Of a stretch of DNA of 64,000 nt, positions 21,566 to 36,895 are shown in pieces. Positions within the stretch are counted from its first letter, which is position 1. Every line of letters begins with the position of its first letter. A program made the translations under genes and the position numbers. Source of the stretch: an uncultured delta proteobacterium (GTDB taxonomy: Bacteria; Myxococcota; Myxococcia; Myxococcales; Anaeromyxobacteraceae); NCBI GenBank assembly GCA_963845515.1, contig CAWJSR010000020.1:64001-128000 (forward strand). Reading direction: 5' to 3'. The notes beneath the pieces are model-generated. The model did not search any database and had not been told where the DNA came from. It saw only the letters and a program-made list of their open reading frames with translations.

Positions 21566-21623
21566 GAGCGGCTCCGAGTCTGCACGACCGGGGGGTGGAG
21601 GCAAGCCCGCGGCCGGCCCCGGG

Positions 21624-21653
21624 TTGACGGCGCCCCCTCCGATTCCCTACCTT
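21624..21653 (+). promoter_or_regulatory. Putative sigma-70 promoter of miaB
   Basis: TTGACG-N18-TACCTT just upstream of ATG 21665. Confidence 0.45.
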
Positions 21654-21664
21654 CCGCGGCTCCG

Positions 21665-23083
21665 ATGTCCGACACCGTGATCCTGGGGGCCCTGCGCTCC
21701 CGCGCCAGCGGCGAGCAGGCGCCCCACCCCCCGGGCGCCCGGAAGGTCTTCGTCCACACCTTCGGCTGCCAGATGAACGAGTCGGACTCGGCCCGGATGG
21801 TCGAGCTGCTCGGCCGCCACGCCTTCGCTCCCGCCGCCAGCGCCGAGGAGGCAGACCTCATCCTGCTGAACACCTGCGCGGTCCGCGAGAAGGCCGAGCA
21901 GAAGCTCTTCTCCGCGCTCGGTCGCTACCGCGAGGTCAAGGCGCGCCGGGGGGCCCTCATCGCGGTCGCCGGGTGCATCGCGCAGCAGGAGAAGGAGAAG
22001 CTCCTGAGGCGGGTGCCCTACGTCGACTTCGTCTTCGGCCCCGACAACATGGGGCGGCTCCCAGAGATGATCGAGCGGGCCCGGGCGCGCGAGCGGTTCG
22101 CCGAGACGAAGTGGATGGACTCGCAGGAGTACGTCTTCCCCCGCGCGGACGCGGAGGCGTCGCGCGGACAGCCGACGGCCTTCGTCACGGCCATGAAGGG
22201 CTGCGACAACGTCTGCGCCTTCTGCATCGTCCCGAAGACGCGCGGTCGCGAGGTCTCCCGGCCGCACCAGGAGATCGTCGCAGAGTGCCACGCGCTCGCC
22301 GCCGTCGGGGTGCGCGAGGTGACGCTGATCGGGCAGAACGTGAACTCCTACGCGGGCGGCTGCGACTTCGCCGAGCTGCTGGCGCGGGTCGCGGAGCTGG
22401 ACGGGCTGGCGCGCGTCCGCTTCACCACCAGCCACCCTCACGACCTCTCCGACTCGCTGATCGACGCCTTCCGGGACGTCCCCAAGGTGATGCCGCACTT
22501 CCACCTGCCGGTTCAGTCCGGCTCGGACGCGGTGCTCGCCAGGATGCGGCGCGACTACGGCGTGGGGCAGTACCTCGACCGGTTCCAGCGGCTCCAGGCG
22601 GCGCGTCCCGGGATCGCGATCACCACCGACTTCATCGTGGGCTTCCCCGGCGAGACCGACGCCGACTTCGAGGCGTCCCTGGCGCTCCTCGAGCGCGCCC
22701 GCTTCGAGAACAGCTTCTCGTTCATCTTCAGCCCCCGCCCGGGGACCGTCGCCGCGCAGCGGCTGAACGGGGCGCCTGACTGGGCCGAGATCCCGCGCGC
22801 GCTGGCGGTCGAGCGGTTGGAGCGGCTGCAGGCGGTCCAGCGCCGGATCGTCGGCGAGATCCTCGCCGCCGAGGTGGGGCGCGAGGTCGAGGTGCTCGTC
22901 GAGGGCTGGAGCGACGATCCCGAGCGGCGCGCCGGCAGAACCCCGGAGAACCGGATGGTCCACTTCGCCGCCGACGAGACCGCCGCACCCACCGGCGCGC
23001 GCGTGCGGGCCGGGGTGGTGCGCGCCCACTCCAGCTCCCTGGCGGGTGAGCTGCTCTCCCCCGCGCGGAGCCAGCTTGGTTGA
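21665..23083 (+). CDS. miaB: tRNA-i6A37 methylthiotransferase MiaB
   Basis: TFGCQMNESDS, NTCAVREKAE, GCDNVCAFCIVP, FTTSHPHD, C-terminal TRAM domain. Confidence 0.95.
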   Translation: MSDTVILGALRSRASGEQAPHPPGARKVFVHTFGCQMNESDSARMVELLGRHAFAPAASAEEADLILLNTCAVREKAEQKLFSALGRYREVKARRGALIAVAGCIAQQEKEKLLRRVPYVDFVFGPDNMGRLPEMIERARARERFAETKWMDSQEYVFPRADAEASRGQPTAFVTAMKGCDNVCAFCIVPKTRGREVSRPHQEIVAECHALAAVGVREVTLIGQNVNSYAGGCDFAELLARVAELDGLARVRFTTSHPHDLSDSLIDAFRDVPKVMPHFHLPVQSGSDAVLARMRRDYGVGQYLDRFQRLQAARPGIAITTDFIVGFPGETDADFEASLALLERARFENSFSFIFSPRPGTVAAQRLNGAPDWAEIPRALAVERLERLQAVQRRIVGEILAAEVGREVEVLVEGWSDDPERRAGRTPENRMVHFAADETAAPTGARVRAGVVRAHSSSLAGELLSPARSQLG

Positions 23084-23474
23084 CCGGATCCTCGCACGGG
23101 CGCTCCGCGCCTGGTGGCCGGCGCTCGCCTGGGCGACGATCATCTTCGTCGCCTCGCATCAGTCGCGGCCGCTCCCGATCGCGCCGCCGTTCGCCCACGC
23201 CGACAAGGTCGTCCACGCGGTGATCTTCGGGCTGCTCTCCGCGCTCGCCGCCAGGGCGCTGCTGGCGGCGGGGCAGGCTGGGCGGCGGGCGCTCTGGCTG
23301 GCGGTGGTCGCGACCAGCCTCTACGGCGCCGGCGACGAGTGGCACCAGTCCTTCGTGCCGGGGCGCGACAGCGATCCGGGCGACTGGGCGGCCGACACGG
23401 CCGGAGCCGTCGCGGGGGCGCTGTTGGTCGTCGGCTTGCCGCGCCGCAAGTCGCGGGCTAGCATCCGCGGCTGA
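23076..23474 (+). CDS. VanZ-family membrane protein
   Basis: DKVVHAVIFG, DEWHQSFVPGR, DWAADTAG. Confidence 0.88.
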   Translation: MVDRILARALRAWWPALAWATIIFVASHQSRPLPIAPPFAHADKVVHAVIFGLLSALAARALLAAGQAGRRALWLAVVATSLYGAGDEWHQSFVPGRDSDPGDWAADTAGAVAGALLVVGLPRRKSRASIRG

Positions 23475-23475
23475 A

Positions 23476-24462
23476 ATGCCGATCATCCGGCCATTCGGCG
23501 GCAAGGCGCCGGTCCTCCGCGACGGCGTGTTCGTGGCGCCGGGTGCCGTCGTCCTCGGGGACGTGGAGATCGGCGAGCGCTCGTCCGTCTGGTTCGGCTG
23601 CGTCCTGCGCGGAGACGTGAACCACATCCGGATCGGCGCGCGCACCAACGTCCAGGACGTCACGACCATCCACGTCACGAGCAAGACGCATCCCACGATC
23701 GTCGGTGACGAGGTCACCATCGGACATCGCGTCGTGCTGCACGGCTGCACGATCAAGGACCGCTGCCTGATCGGGATCGGCTCGGTGGTGATGGACGGCG
23801 CGGTGGTCGGACCCGAGTCGGTGGTCGGGGCGGGGGCGCTCGTCCCGCCAGGGATGGTCGTGCCACCGCGCACGCTCGTGATGGGATCGCCGGCGAAGGT
23901 GAAGCGCGACCTCACCACGGGGGAGATCGAGGCCCTCCGCAAGTCCGCGGACAACTACGTCGAGTACGCGGCGCTTCACGCCGCCGAGGGGGGGGCCGAG
24001 TCGATGACGAACGTCGAGGTCCTCCAGCGCTGCGCGCTCTTCAAGGACTTCACCGAGGTCGGGCTCAGGATCTTCGCGGAGATCGCGGTCCCGAGATCGG
24101 TCCCTCCCGGCAGCCCGCTCTTCGCCGAGAACATGGTCGGCGAGGCGCTCTTCATCGTGAAGTCGGGGACCGTGCGCGTCACCCAGCGCGCCGCCGCCGG
24201 CGAGCGGGAGCTCGCGGTGCTCGGACCCGGGGAGGCGCTCGGCTCGCTCGCCGTCCTCGCGAAGGGGGTCCGGCTGGTCTCGGCAGTGGCGGTGACGCCG
24301 CTGGAGGTGCTCGAGATCGCCCACCGCGACTACTTCAAGAAGATCGCCGAGAAGCCCCAGGCCTGCCTGAAGCTCGCGCTCGCCATCGCCGCCGACCTCG
24401 CCGCCAAGGCGGCCGACAGCCGGGAGGCGCTGCGCGAGGTCCACGGGAAGAAGTCGGGCTGA
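23476..24462 (+). CDS. Gamma-carbonic-anhydrase-family protein in frame with a cNMP-binding domain (probably two genes, the second starting at 24004)
   Basis: Hexapeptide repeats (VWFGCVLRGDVN, GHRVVLHGC), then a cNMP domain (LFIVKSGTVRV, LGPGEALG); junction contains a G8 run and an ATGA. Confidence 0.82.
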   Translation: MPIIRPFGGKAPVLRDGVFVAPGAVVLGDVEIGERSSVWFGCVLRGDVNHIRIGARTNVQDVTTIHVTSKTHPTIVGDEVTIGHRVVLHGCTIKDRCLIGIGSVVMDGAVVGPESVVGAGALVPPGMVVPPRTLVMGSPAKVKRDLTTGEIEALRKSADNYVEYAALHAAEGGAESMTNVEVLQRCALFKDFTEVGLRIFAEIAVPRSVPPGSPLFAENMVGEALFIVKSGTVRVTQRAAAGERELAVLGPGEALGSLAVLAKGVRLVSAVAVTPLEVLEIAHRDYFKKIAEKPQACLKLALAIAADLAAKAADSREALREVHGKKSG

Positions 24463-25149
24463 TGCTGGAGCGCCTCGTAGAGATGCTGGCGGGCCACGGG
24501 CTCCACGCCGGCTACGTCGCCGTGTTCACCGTGCTGCTGCTCTGCGGCTTCGGCTTCCCGCTGCCGGAGGACGTCATCCTGGCGACCGGTGGCGTGCTCG
24601 CGTGGCTGGCGCGCGGACGGCCGCTCCACTCGTTCGGCGCGATGTTCAGGGACACGGGGCTCCTGACGATGATCGTCGTCGGGCTCGCCGGGATCCTCGT
24701 CGGCGACTCGATCATCTACATGGCGGGGCGCCGCTTCGGCCACCGCGTCGCCGACTTCCGGCCGCTCCGGCGGATCATCACCCCCGCCAAGCTGGAGCGG
24801 GTGGAGAAGGAGCTTCGGCTGCGCGGGAACATCCTCGTGATGCTCGCCCGCTTCCTCCCCGGCCTGCGCGCCCCGACCTTCTTCGTCGTCGGCCACGCGC
24901 GCCTGCCGTACTGGGAGTTCCTCCTGTTCGACGGCGCGGCGGCGCTGGTCTCGGCGCCGCTCTGGGTCTGCGTGGGCTTCTGGTTCGGGTCCGACATCCA
25001 GCAGGCGGCGCGCCACGCCAGCAAGTTCTCGCACTACATCGTCGGGGCCGCGCTCGTCGTGGCGGCGATCCTCGTCTTCCGCTGGCGCAGGCAGCGCGCG
25101 CGGGAGCTCGCCGCCGCCGCGGCGAAGGTGGCCCCCGAGCAGAATCTAG

Positions 25150-30629
<5,480 letters not shown>

Positions 30630-30697
30630 GGAGCACTCGGAGGTTTGCCCCGCGGTGGAGGGGGGGTACAATCGCCGTCCACTGGAGGTTCTGCCGA

Positions 30698-32476
30698 ATG
30701 GACCGTCGGGCATCGATCCGCGCCGCTGTCGTCGTAACGCTGCTCGCAGCAGGCGGCTGTCAGGACTACAACTTCAACCCGGTCGGCCACTGCCTGATCC
30801 AGCCGGGGACGAAGCGGTACACGCTCTCCAACCTCTCGACCGCGGACGTCCTCTTCGTCGTGGACGACTCGGGCTCGATGGCCGGCGAGCAGCAGAGCCT
30901 CAGGGACAACTTCACCACGTTCCTGGCGAGGCTGCAGGAGGCCAACCTCCAGCGGGTCGCCAGCAACCTCGATCCGATCGACTTCCACATCGCCATCACG
31001 TCGACCGCCCAGTACCGGAACCTCCCGGTGACCGGCGGCTCGACCTGCAGCAGCACCTGCAGCGGCGCGGCGGGGGCATTGGTCTGCTGCCAGGGCGGCA
31101 CCCCGCAGCCGGTGAGCTGCAAGGTGAACTCGGACTGCGCGTCAGGCTTCACCTGCAGCGGAGACTGCGACACCGACTGGCCCGCCGCGAGCCCCGCCTG
31201 CTTCAGCTCCACCTGCAGCCCGCAGCGGATCCCATGTGACGTCGCCGGGCACGAGTGCGGGAACCTCAACAAGTACTACTCGTTCACCTCGTGCGACCCC
31301 TCCTACGCGACCGGCCTGTTCACGGCCAACAGCGAGTACCCCGCGGGACGGTTCATGGCCGCCCCGGCTGGCGGCAGCGATCTCGTCCTGGACTTCGACA
31401 AGTCGCTCTATGAGCCGACGGTCAATCAGGCGGCCATCGACGCCCTCTCGCTCAAGTTCCAGCAGAACATCCAGGTCGGGACCTGTGGCTCGGGGCAGGA
31501 GACGGGGCTCGACGCCGCGCGCCTGGCGCTCGAGCGCGTGCGGGGCGCCGGCGGCCTGGCGCAGACGCCGGGGTACGCCTCCGGCGGGTTCCTCCACAAC
31601 AACGCCAAGCTCGTGGTCGTCTGGGTGACGGACGAGGACGACTGCTCGGCGCCGGCTACGGGCTCCGACGCCGTCGTCTTCCGGTACACCCCTCCGGCCG
31701 ATCCGGACGTCTGCGAGGTAGACGCCGCCGTGGGCGGGGAGAACCGTCAGACCCCCTCGTCGGCGTACGCCGACTACTTCATGTCGCTCGGGCGCCCCTT
31801 CGGGGCGGCCTTCATCGCGTCGATGACGAACGGCTGCGCCGACCAGAACTGCACGGCGGCCAAGTGCTGCGGCGCCAACGGGGTCATCGACGCGTGCGGA
31901 GTGGGGATCTGCTCCGACAACGTCTCTTGCGGAGCCCTGAACGAGTCGACCCGCTACGCCGCCCTCGCGGGCGAGCTCCGTCAGCGCGGCGCCGACGTGG
32001 TGGTCGGCTCAGTCTGCGACGCCTTCGGCACGTCGCTCTCCCGGATCGCCGACATCGTCAAGCCTCCCACTGGGCTCGTCCTTCCCACTCAGCCGGCGGC
32101 CAGCGAGGTGACGATTCTGAGGATCGTCGGCAAGGACTCCAAGACCCGCACGACCTGCCGCGGGCCGGCCCCCGAGGCGCTCGACGCGGCCGGTGCCGCA
32201 GCCCAGGGGTATGACTGGTGGTTCACGGCCTCCAACGACCAGACCACGGCGGCGCTGCAGGATCCGTCGGCCACGTCGCAGTACGTCTACATCAACCACG
32301 GCACGGGCGCCTGTGAGGCCAACTTCGGCGAGACCTACTCGGCCGACTACATCGGCCAGATCCCAGCAGGAGGCTGCGTGTCGGAGCAGGCGTGCGCCGA
32401 CGCACTGGGCGGCACGGCGGAGAACTGGGACTGCTACCATCCGGCAGGCTTTCCTGGCACCTGCGTGTGCAAGTAG
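30698..32476 (+). CDS. Cys-rich VWA-domain lipoprotein (CglB-like)
   Basis: Lipobox LAAGGC then CQDYNFNPV; MIDAS-like VDDSGSM; VTDEDDCS; many Cys. Confidence 0.65.
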   Translation: MDRRASIRAAVVVTLLAAGGCQDYNFNPVGHCLIQPGTKRYTLSNLSTADVLFVVDDSGSMAGEQQSLRDNFTTFLARLQEANLQRVASNLDPIDFHIAITSTAQYRNLPVTGGSTCSSTCSGAAGALVCCQGGTPQPVSCKVNSDCASGFTCSGDCDTDWPAASPACFSSTCSPQRIPCDVAGHECGNLNKYYSFTSCDPSYATGLFTANSEYPAGRFMAAPAGGSDLVLDFDKSLYEPTVNQAAIDALSLKFQQNIQVGTCGSGQETGLDAARLALERVRGAGGLAQTPGYASGGFLHNNAKLVVVWVTDEDDCSAPATGSDAVVFRYTPPADPDVCEVDAAVGGENRQTPSSAYADYFMSLGRPFGAAFIASMTNGCADQNCTAAKCCGANGVIDACGVGICSDNVSCGALNESTRYAALAGELRQRGADVVVGSVCDAFGTSLSRIADIVKPPTGLVLPTQPAASEVTILRIVGKDSKTRTTCRGPAPEALDAAGAAAQGYDWWFTASNDQTTAALQDPSATSQYVYINHGTGACEANFGETYSADYIGQIPAGGCVSEQACADALGGTAENWDCYHPAGFPGTCVCK

Positions 32477-32487
32477 GGGCCACGGGA

Positions 32488-33729
32488 ATGCGCCGAACGC
32501 TCCTCGCTGCCATCGCTCTCCTGAACGGGTGCGCCTGCGACACCGTCCCCGAGAGCGCGCTCACGAGCTGCCATCAGGTCGTGGCGGCCACCGTCGCGAC
32601 CGACATCCTCTTCGTCGTCGACGACTCCAGCTCGATGAATGACGAGCAGGATCGGCTGCGCCAGGCGCTCTCCAACTTCATCACCGTACTCGAGGCCTCG
32701 CCGATCGCCGACGACTACCGGATCGGCGTCACCAACACGTCGGTGAAGGGGTTCAAGGCTGCGGACGCCGACTACTCCCGCTACGCCTCTGGCCCATCGT
32801 GGGACCTTCCGTATCCGGCTGGCGCCCTCGTCTCGGTGGACCCGACCAACCTCACCACCGATCCAGCCACGTGGGGCGACTACTTCTGGAGCAGCGCGAG
32901 CCCGCCGGGGCCCGGCTTCCATGGCCCGCGCAACCTCGCCTACCAGTACATGGACGCGGGTGACACGAACCTCGTCGCCGACTTCCAGAACGACGTGCTG
33001 GTCGGCACCTTCGGCTCGCTCAGGGAGCAGCCCTTCGAGGCGATGCGGCTCGCCCTGACGACCCAGCTTGCCTCGCCCACGTCGGAGAACTTCGGCTTCC
33101 TGCGGCCCGGGGCGCGCCTCGCTGTCATCTTCATCTCCGACGAGGACGACTGCTCCGGTCCGACCGATCCAGCCATCACGACCACTGCCCAGTGCGAGAG
33201 CCAGCGAACGGCGAGCCCCTCGGTGCTCACGCCCGTCCAGGCGTACGTCGACTTCCTCAAGGGGCCGATCGCCGGCCAGGTCCGCGACGTCGTCGTGGGG
33301 GCCGTCGTGGGGGTCACCTGCACGGGCGGCGTCTGCACCAACACGATGTGCGCAACCGCCCAGAACGATCCGCCGGCGAACCGCTTCCTCGAGCTCCTCT
33401 CCGCCTTCGATCCCGCCCGGAACGCGCTCGCCAGCATCTGCGACCCGAACTTCGACGCGGCCCTCGCGCAGTTCGCGAGCGTCGTGTTGAGCCAGTCGCT
33501 GCCCCTCTCTGGCGACGTGGCCGATCCGAACCTGCTCGTCGTCAGCGTCGAGAAGGCCGCGGGGTCTGTGGAATGCAGCCTGGCGCCCGTTGGGACGCCG
33601 GACGCCGCGTCCGCCGATGTCGTCTACACGCCTTCGCGCGACGGGTACCCCGCGCGGCTCCTGTTCCAGAACGGTTGCACGCTCGCACCGGGCGATCGCA
33701 TTTCGATCGACGTCATCTGCGCGGGCTGA
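32488..33729 (+). CDS. Cys-rich VWA-domain lipoprotein, paralogue of the upstream gene
   Basis: Signal peptide with Cys; DILFVVDDSSSM, EQPFEAMRLAL, FLRPGARLAVIFISDEDDCS. Confidence 0.65.
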   Translation: MRRTLLAAIALLNGCACDTVPESALTSCHQVVAATVATDILFVVDDSSSMNDEQDRLRQALSNFITVLEASPIADDYRIGVTNTSVKGFKAADADYSRYASGPSWDLPYPAGALVSVDPTNLTTDPATWGDYFWSSASPPGPGFHGPRNLAYQYMDAGDTNLVADFQNDVLVGTFGSLREQPFEAMRLALTTQLASPTSENFGFLRPGARLAVIFISDEDDCSGPTDPAITTTAQCESQRTASPSVLTPVQAYVDFLKGPIAGQVRDVVVGAVVGVTCTGGVCTNTMCATAQNDPPANRFLELLSAFDPARNALASICDPNFDAALAQFASVVLSQSLPLSGDVADPNLLVVSVEKAAGSVECSLAPVGTPDAASADVVYTPSRDGYPARLLFQNGCTLAPGDRISIDVICAG

Positions 33730-33857
33730 CCCCCGCCCCTCGAACATCTGCCGCCTTGCGTCACGGCCCCCCCCCGAGAGGGGCGGACGCGGAGGGGTGC
33801 GCGCGGGCGTCCAACGGGGCACACTTGAGGAAGGAGTGCTCTCCGGGAGGTGACAAC

Positions 33858-35676
33858 ATGCAGGCTGCATCCGAGCTCCTGAAGGGATCCCCACCAGCAA
33901 GGAGCCTCATCGCGCTCTTCGAGGCGACCGCGGCGAAGCGCGCCGACGCCCCCGCGATGCGGCACAAGAGAGGGGGCGTGTGGGTAGACGTCTCCTGGGC
34001 CGAGCTCGCCCGCAGGGCGCGCGACGTCTCCGATGGGCTCGCGTCGCTAGGCGTCGCCCCTGGCGACCGCGTGGCGATCATCGGCGAGACCCAGCTCGAG
34101 TGGATCCTCGCCGACATGGGGATCCTCGGCGCCGGGGCCGTCACGGTCACCATCTACCAGTCCAACACCGCCGACGAGTGCGCGTACATCCTGAAGGACT
34201 CGGGCGCGCGCTACGTCATGTGCGACACGGCACAGCAGGCCGCGAAGCTGCAGGCGATCCGCAGCCAGGCTGCCGGAGCTGCGCGGGATCGTCTGCGCGG
34301 CCGGCGGCGCGTCCGACGGGTTCCAGCGCTCGCTCGAGGACGTGGAGCTGGACGGCGTGGCGTGGCGCACGAAGGACCCGGGCGCGCACGCGGCCAGGGT
34401 CGCGGCGCTCGGGCTCGACGCGACGGCGAGCATCATCTACACGTCAGGCACGACGGGGAACCCGAAGGGCGTGGTGCTCACCCACTGGGCGTGGGTCTAC
34501 GAGGCGCAGGCGGTCGAGCAGATCCAGCTCATCCTCTCCGAGGACGTGATCCTGCTCTTCCTCCCGATGGCCCACTCCTTCGCCAAGGTGGTGGAGGCCG
34601 TCTGGATCTCCACCGGGTCCGTGCTCGCCTTCGTGGAGTCGCTCGACAAGATCGCCGACAACGCCGGCGAGGTGAGGCCGACGGTGATGCCGGCCGTGCC
34701 CAGGATCTTCGAGAAGGCCTACAACACCATCGTGTCCAAGGGGATGGGAGAGCACGGCCTCAAGGGCGTGCTCTTCAAGCTGGCGATGGAGGGCTTCGAC
34801 GCCTGGGTGAGCGCCAGGGCCCAGGGGCAGAGCGCGGGTGGCGTCGGCTACCTCGTCGCCCGCAAGCTCGTCTTCCCGAAGGTGGCCGCGACGGTGAAGG
34901 CGCGCTTCGGGGGGAAGCTCCGGCTCTGCATCTCCGGGGCCGCGCCGCTCTCGACGCGGATCGCGTGGTTCTTCGACCACGTCGGGCTCGTCATCCTCGA
35001 GGGGTACGGGCTCACCGAGACGGCCGCGGGGACGGTCGTGAACCGGCCTGGCCAGAACCGGATCGGCACGGTCGGACAGCCGATCCCCGGGACGGAGGTC
35101 CGGATCGCCGAGGACGGGGAGATCCTCATCAAGGGCGGCGGCGTCATGAAGGAGTACTTCGGGGATCCGGCGGCGACCGCCGAGGTGCTCAAGGACGGCT
35201 GGCTCTGCACCGGGGACATCGGCGAGATCGACGAGTCCGGCTGCCTCCGGATCACCGACCGCAAGAAGGACATCATCGTCACCGCAGGTGGCAAGAACGT
35301 CGCGCCGCAGAACCTGGAGAACGAGCTCAAGGGCGACCCGCTCATCTCCCAGGTGGTCGTCCACGGCGACCAGCGGAAGTTCCTCTCCGCGCTCCTGACG
35401 CTCAACCCTGAGAACCTCAAGAAGTGGGCGGACGAGAACGGGGTGACCGGCCCACCGGAGAGGCTCCACGAGGACCCCCGAGTCCTCGCCCGCGTCCAGC
35501 AGTCGATCGATGCGCTCAACACGCGCCAGGCGAGCTACTCCACGATCAAGAAGTTCGCGATCCTTCCGCGGGAGCTGACGCAGGAGGCCGGCGAGATCAC
35601 TCCTACGCTCAAGGTGAAGCGGAAGGTGGTCTCGGAGCGCTACCGGGCGATCCTGGACGGTTTCTACGGGGAGTGA
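33858..35676 (+). CDS. Long-chain fatty-acid--CoA ligase (frameshift near 34268, probably a sequencing error)
   Basis: YTSGTTGNPKG, EGYGLTE, TGDIG, ITDRKKDIIVTAGGKN, TPTLKVKR; N-terminus in a different frame. Confidence 0.88.
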
Positions 35677-35721
35677 AACGTTCCGCTCGCGTGGGGGTCC
35701 GGGACGTGCTTTCATGTGCCC

Positions 35722-36114
35722 ATGCCGTCAGCGTCGCTTAGGATCCTCGTCGTGGAGGACGACGACGACAACCGTGAGCTGCTCGCGGAGCTCCTCCGCC
35801 TGGAGGGACACGCCGTCGAGGAGGCCGCCGACGCCGAGCGAGCGCTGGAGCTCGCCGCGCACCAGCCCTTCGACGCGGTGATCGCGGACGTGGGGCTCCC
35901 CCGCATGGACGGCATCACGCTCGCGCGCGAGCTGCGCCTGCGGACGCCCGGATTGGCGGTCGTCGCGGTGAGCGGTTATGGCGACGGGGAGGAGCTCGCC
36001 GACGCGCTCGGGCGCGAGATAGACGCGGTCGTGGTGAAGCCGGCGGACCCCCAGCGGCTGCTCGGGGCACTCGCGGCTGCCGTGCGGTCCCGCCGCCCGC
36101 CCGGCGCGGCTTGA
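35722..36114 (+). CDS. Single-domain response regulator
   Basis: ILVVEDD, ADVGLPRMDG, VSG, KP. Confidence 0.88.
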   Translation: MPSASLRILVVEDDDDNRELLAELLRLEGHAVEEAADAERALELAAHQPFDAVIADVGLPRMDGITLARELRLRTPGLAVVAVSGYGDGEELADALGREIDAVVVKPADPQRLLGALAAAVRSRRPPGAA

Positions 36115-36173
36115 CACCGGCCGTCCGCCCTAACTAGCTTGCCGCGCGAATTCCCAGCCACGCCGGAGGAGAG

Positions 36174-36503
36174 ATGACCGTCGCCAACCTCAAGGAGCTC
36201 TTCGAGGAGCGCATCCCGCACAAGATCCAGGAGCACCCCGACGTGGCCTCCAGGATCAACGCGATCTACCAGTTCGACGTCGCAGGACCCGAGGGGGGCT
36301 CGTGGTTCGTGGATCTCGCCACGCCCGGCGGGAAGGTCGCCCAGGGGACGTCACCCGAGGCGCAGTGCACGATCGCGATGAAGGACTCGGATCTGCTCGC
36401 GATGGTGAACGGCAAGCTGAGCCCGTCGATGGCCTTCATGACCGGGAAGATCAAGATCAAGGGCGACTACGGGCTCGCGATGAAGCTGCAGCAGGTACTC
36501 TGA
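36174..36503 (+). CDS. SCP2 sterol/lipid-binding domain protein
   Basis: YQFDV, GKLSPSMAFMTGKIKIKGD; GGAGGAG RBS; TTGACA at 36111. Confidence 0.9.
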   Translation: MTVANLKELFEERIPHKIQEHPDVASRINAIYQFDVAGPEGGSWFVDLATPGGKVAQGTSPEAQCTIAMKDSDLLAMVNGKLSPSMAFMTGKIKIKGDYGLAMKLQQVL

Positions 36504-36523
36504 AGGCGCACTCTCCCTTGACG

Positions 36524-36551
36524 GGGAATCGCGCGCTCACCATGTTGGTTG
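36524..36551 (+). promoter_or_regulatory. Putative ECF promoter GGGAATC-N17-GTTG, overlapping a TTGACG -35 box at 36518
   Basis: Same boxes and spacing as the element upstream of rpoE1. Confidence 0.55.
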
Positions 36552-36559
36552 TGACCTCG

Positions 36560-36823
36560 ATGCGCGCCGTCCTCGCCACCGCCCTCTCGATGCTGCTCGC
36601 CGTGGCGGCGATCGCACCCCACGTCCACGTCGGGACGCAGGGCGCAGACGAGTGCGCCGCCTGTGTCGCCAGCGGGCGCGGCGCGGAGCCGGCGAGGTCG
36701 CAGACGCCTGACGTCGCCCCGCAGGCCGTGACCGTCGACGAGCCGGTCCTCCGGCCTGGCCTCGCCCCCGTCCTCGGCGCGCCGCTCGGCGCCATGCCCG
36801 GCCAGTCACCTCCCCGCGCGTGA
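36560..36823 (+). CDS. Small exported HxH/CxxC protein with Pro-rich tail (DUF2946/CutF/CruR-like leader candidate)
   Basis: Signal-like N-terminus, PHVH, CAAC, C-terminal GQSPPRA; first ORF of the metal uptake operon. Confidence 0.55.
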   Translation: MRAVLATALSMLLAVAAIAPHVHVGTQGADECAACVASGRGAEPARSQTPDVAPQAVTVDEPVLRPGLAPVLGAPLGAMPGQSPPRA

Positions 36824-36895
36824 CGCGGGACGCATCGTTCGTTTCGGACGTTCATCAAGCGTGGCGCGCCTCGAGGCGCGCCGAGGTTCAGTCAG

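Noticed and set aside
23476..24462. Novel gamma-carbonic anhydrase / cNMP-binding fusion
   Set aside because: One fewer G in the G8 run gives two genes with a standard ATGA overlap at 24004-24007, consistent with the window's other +1 errors
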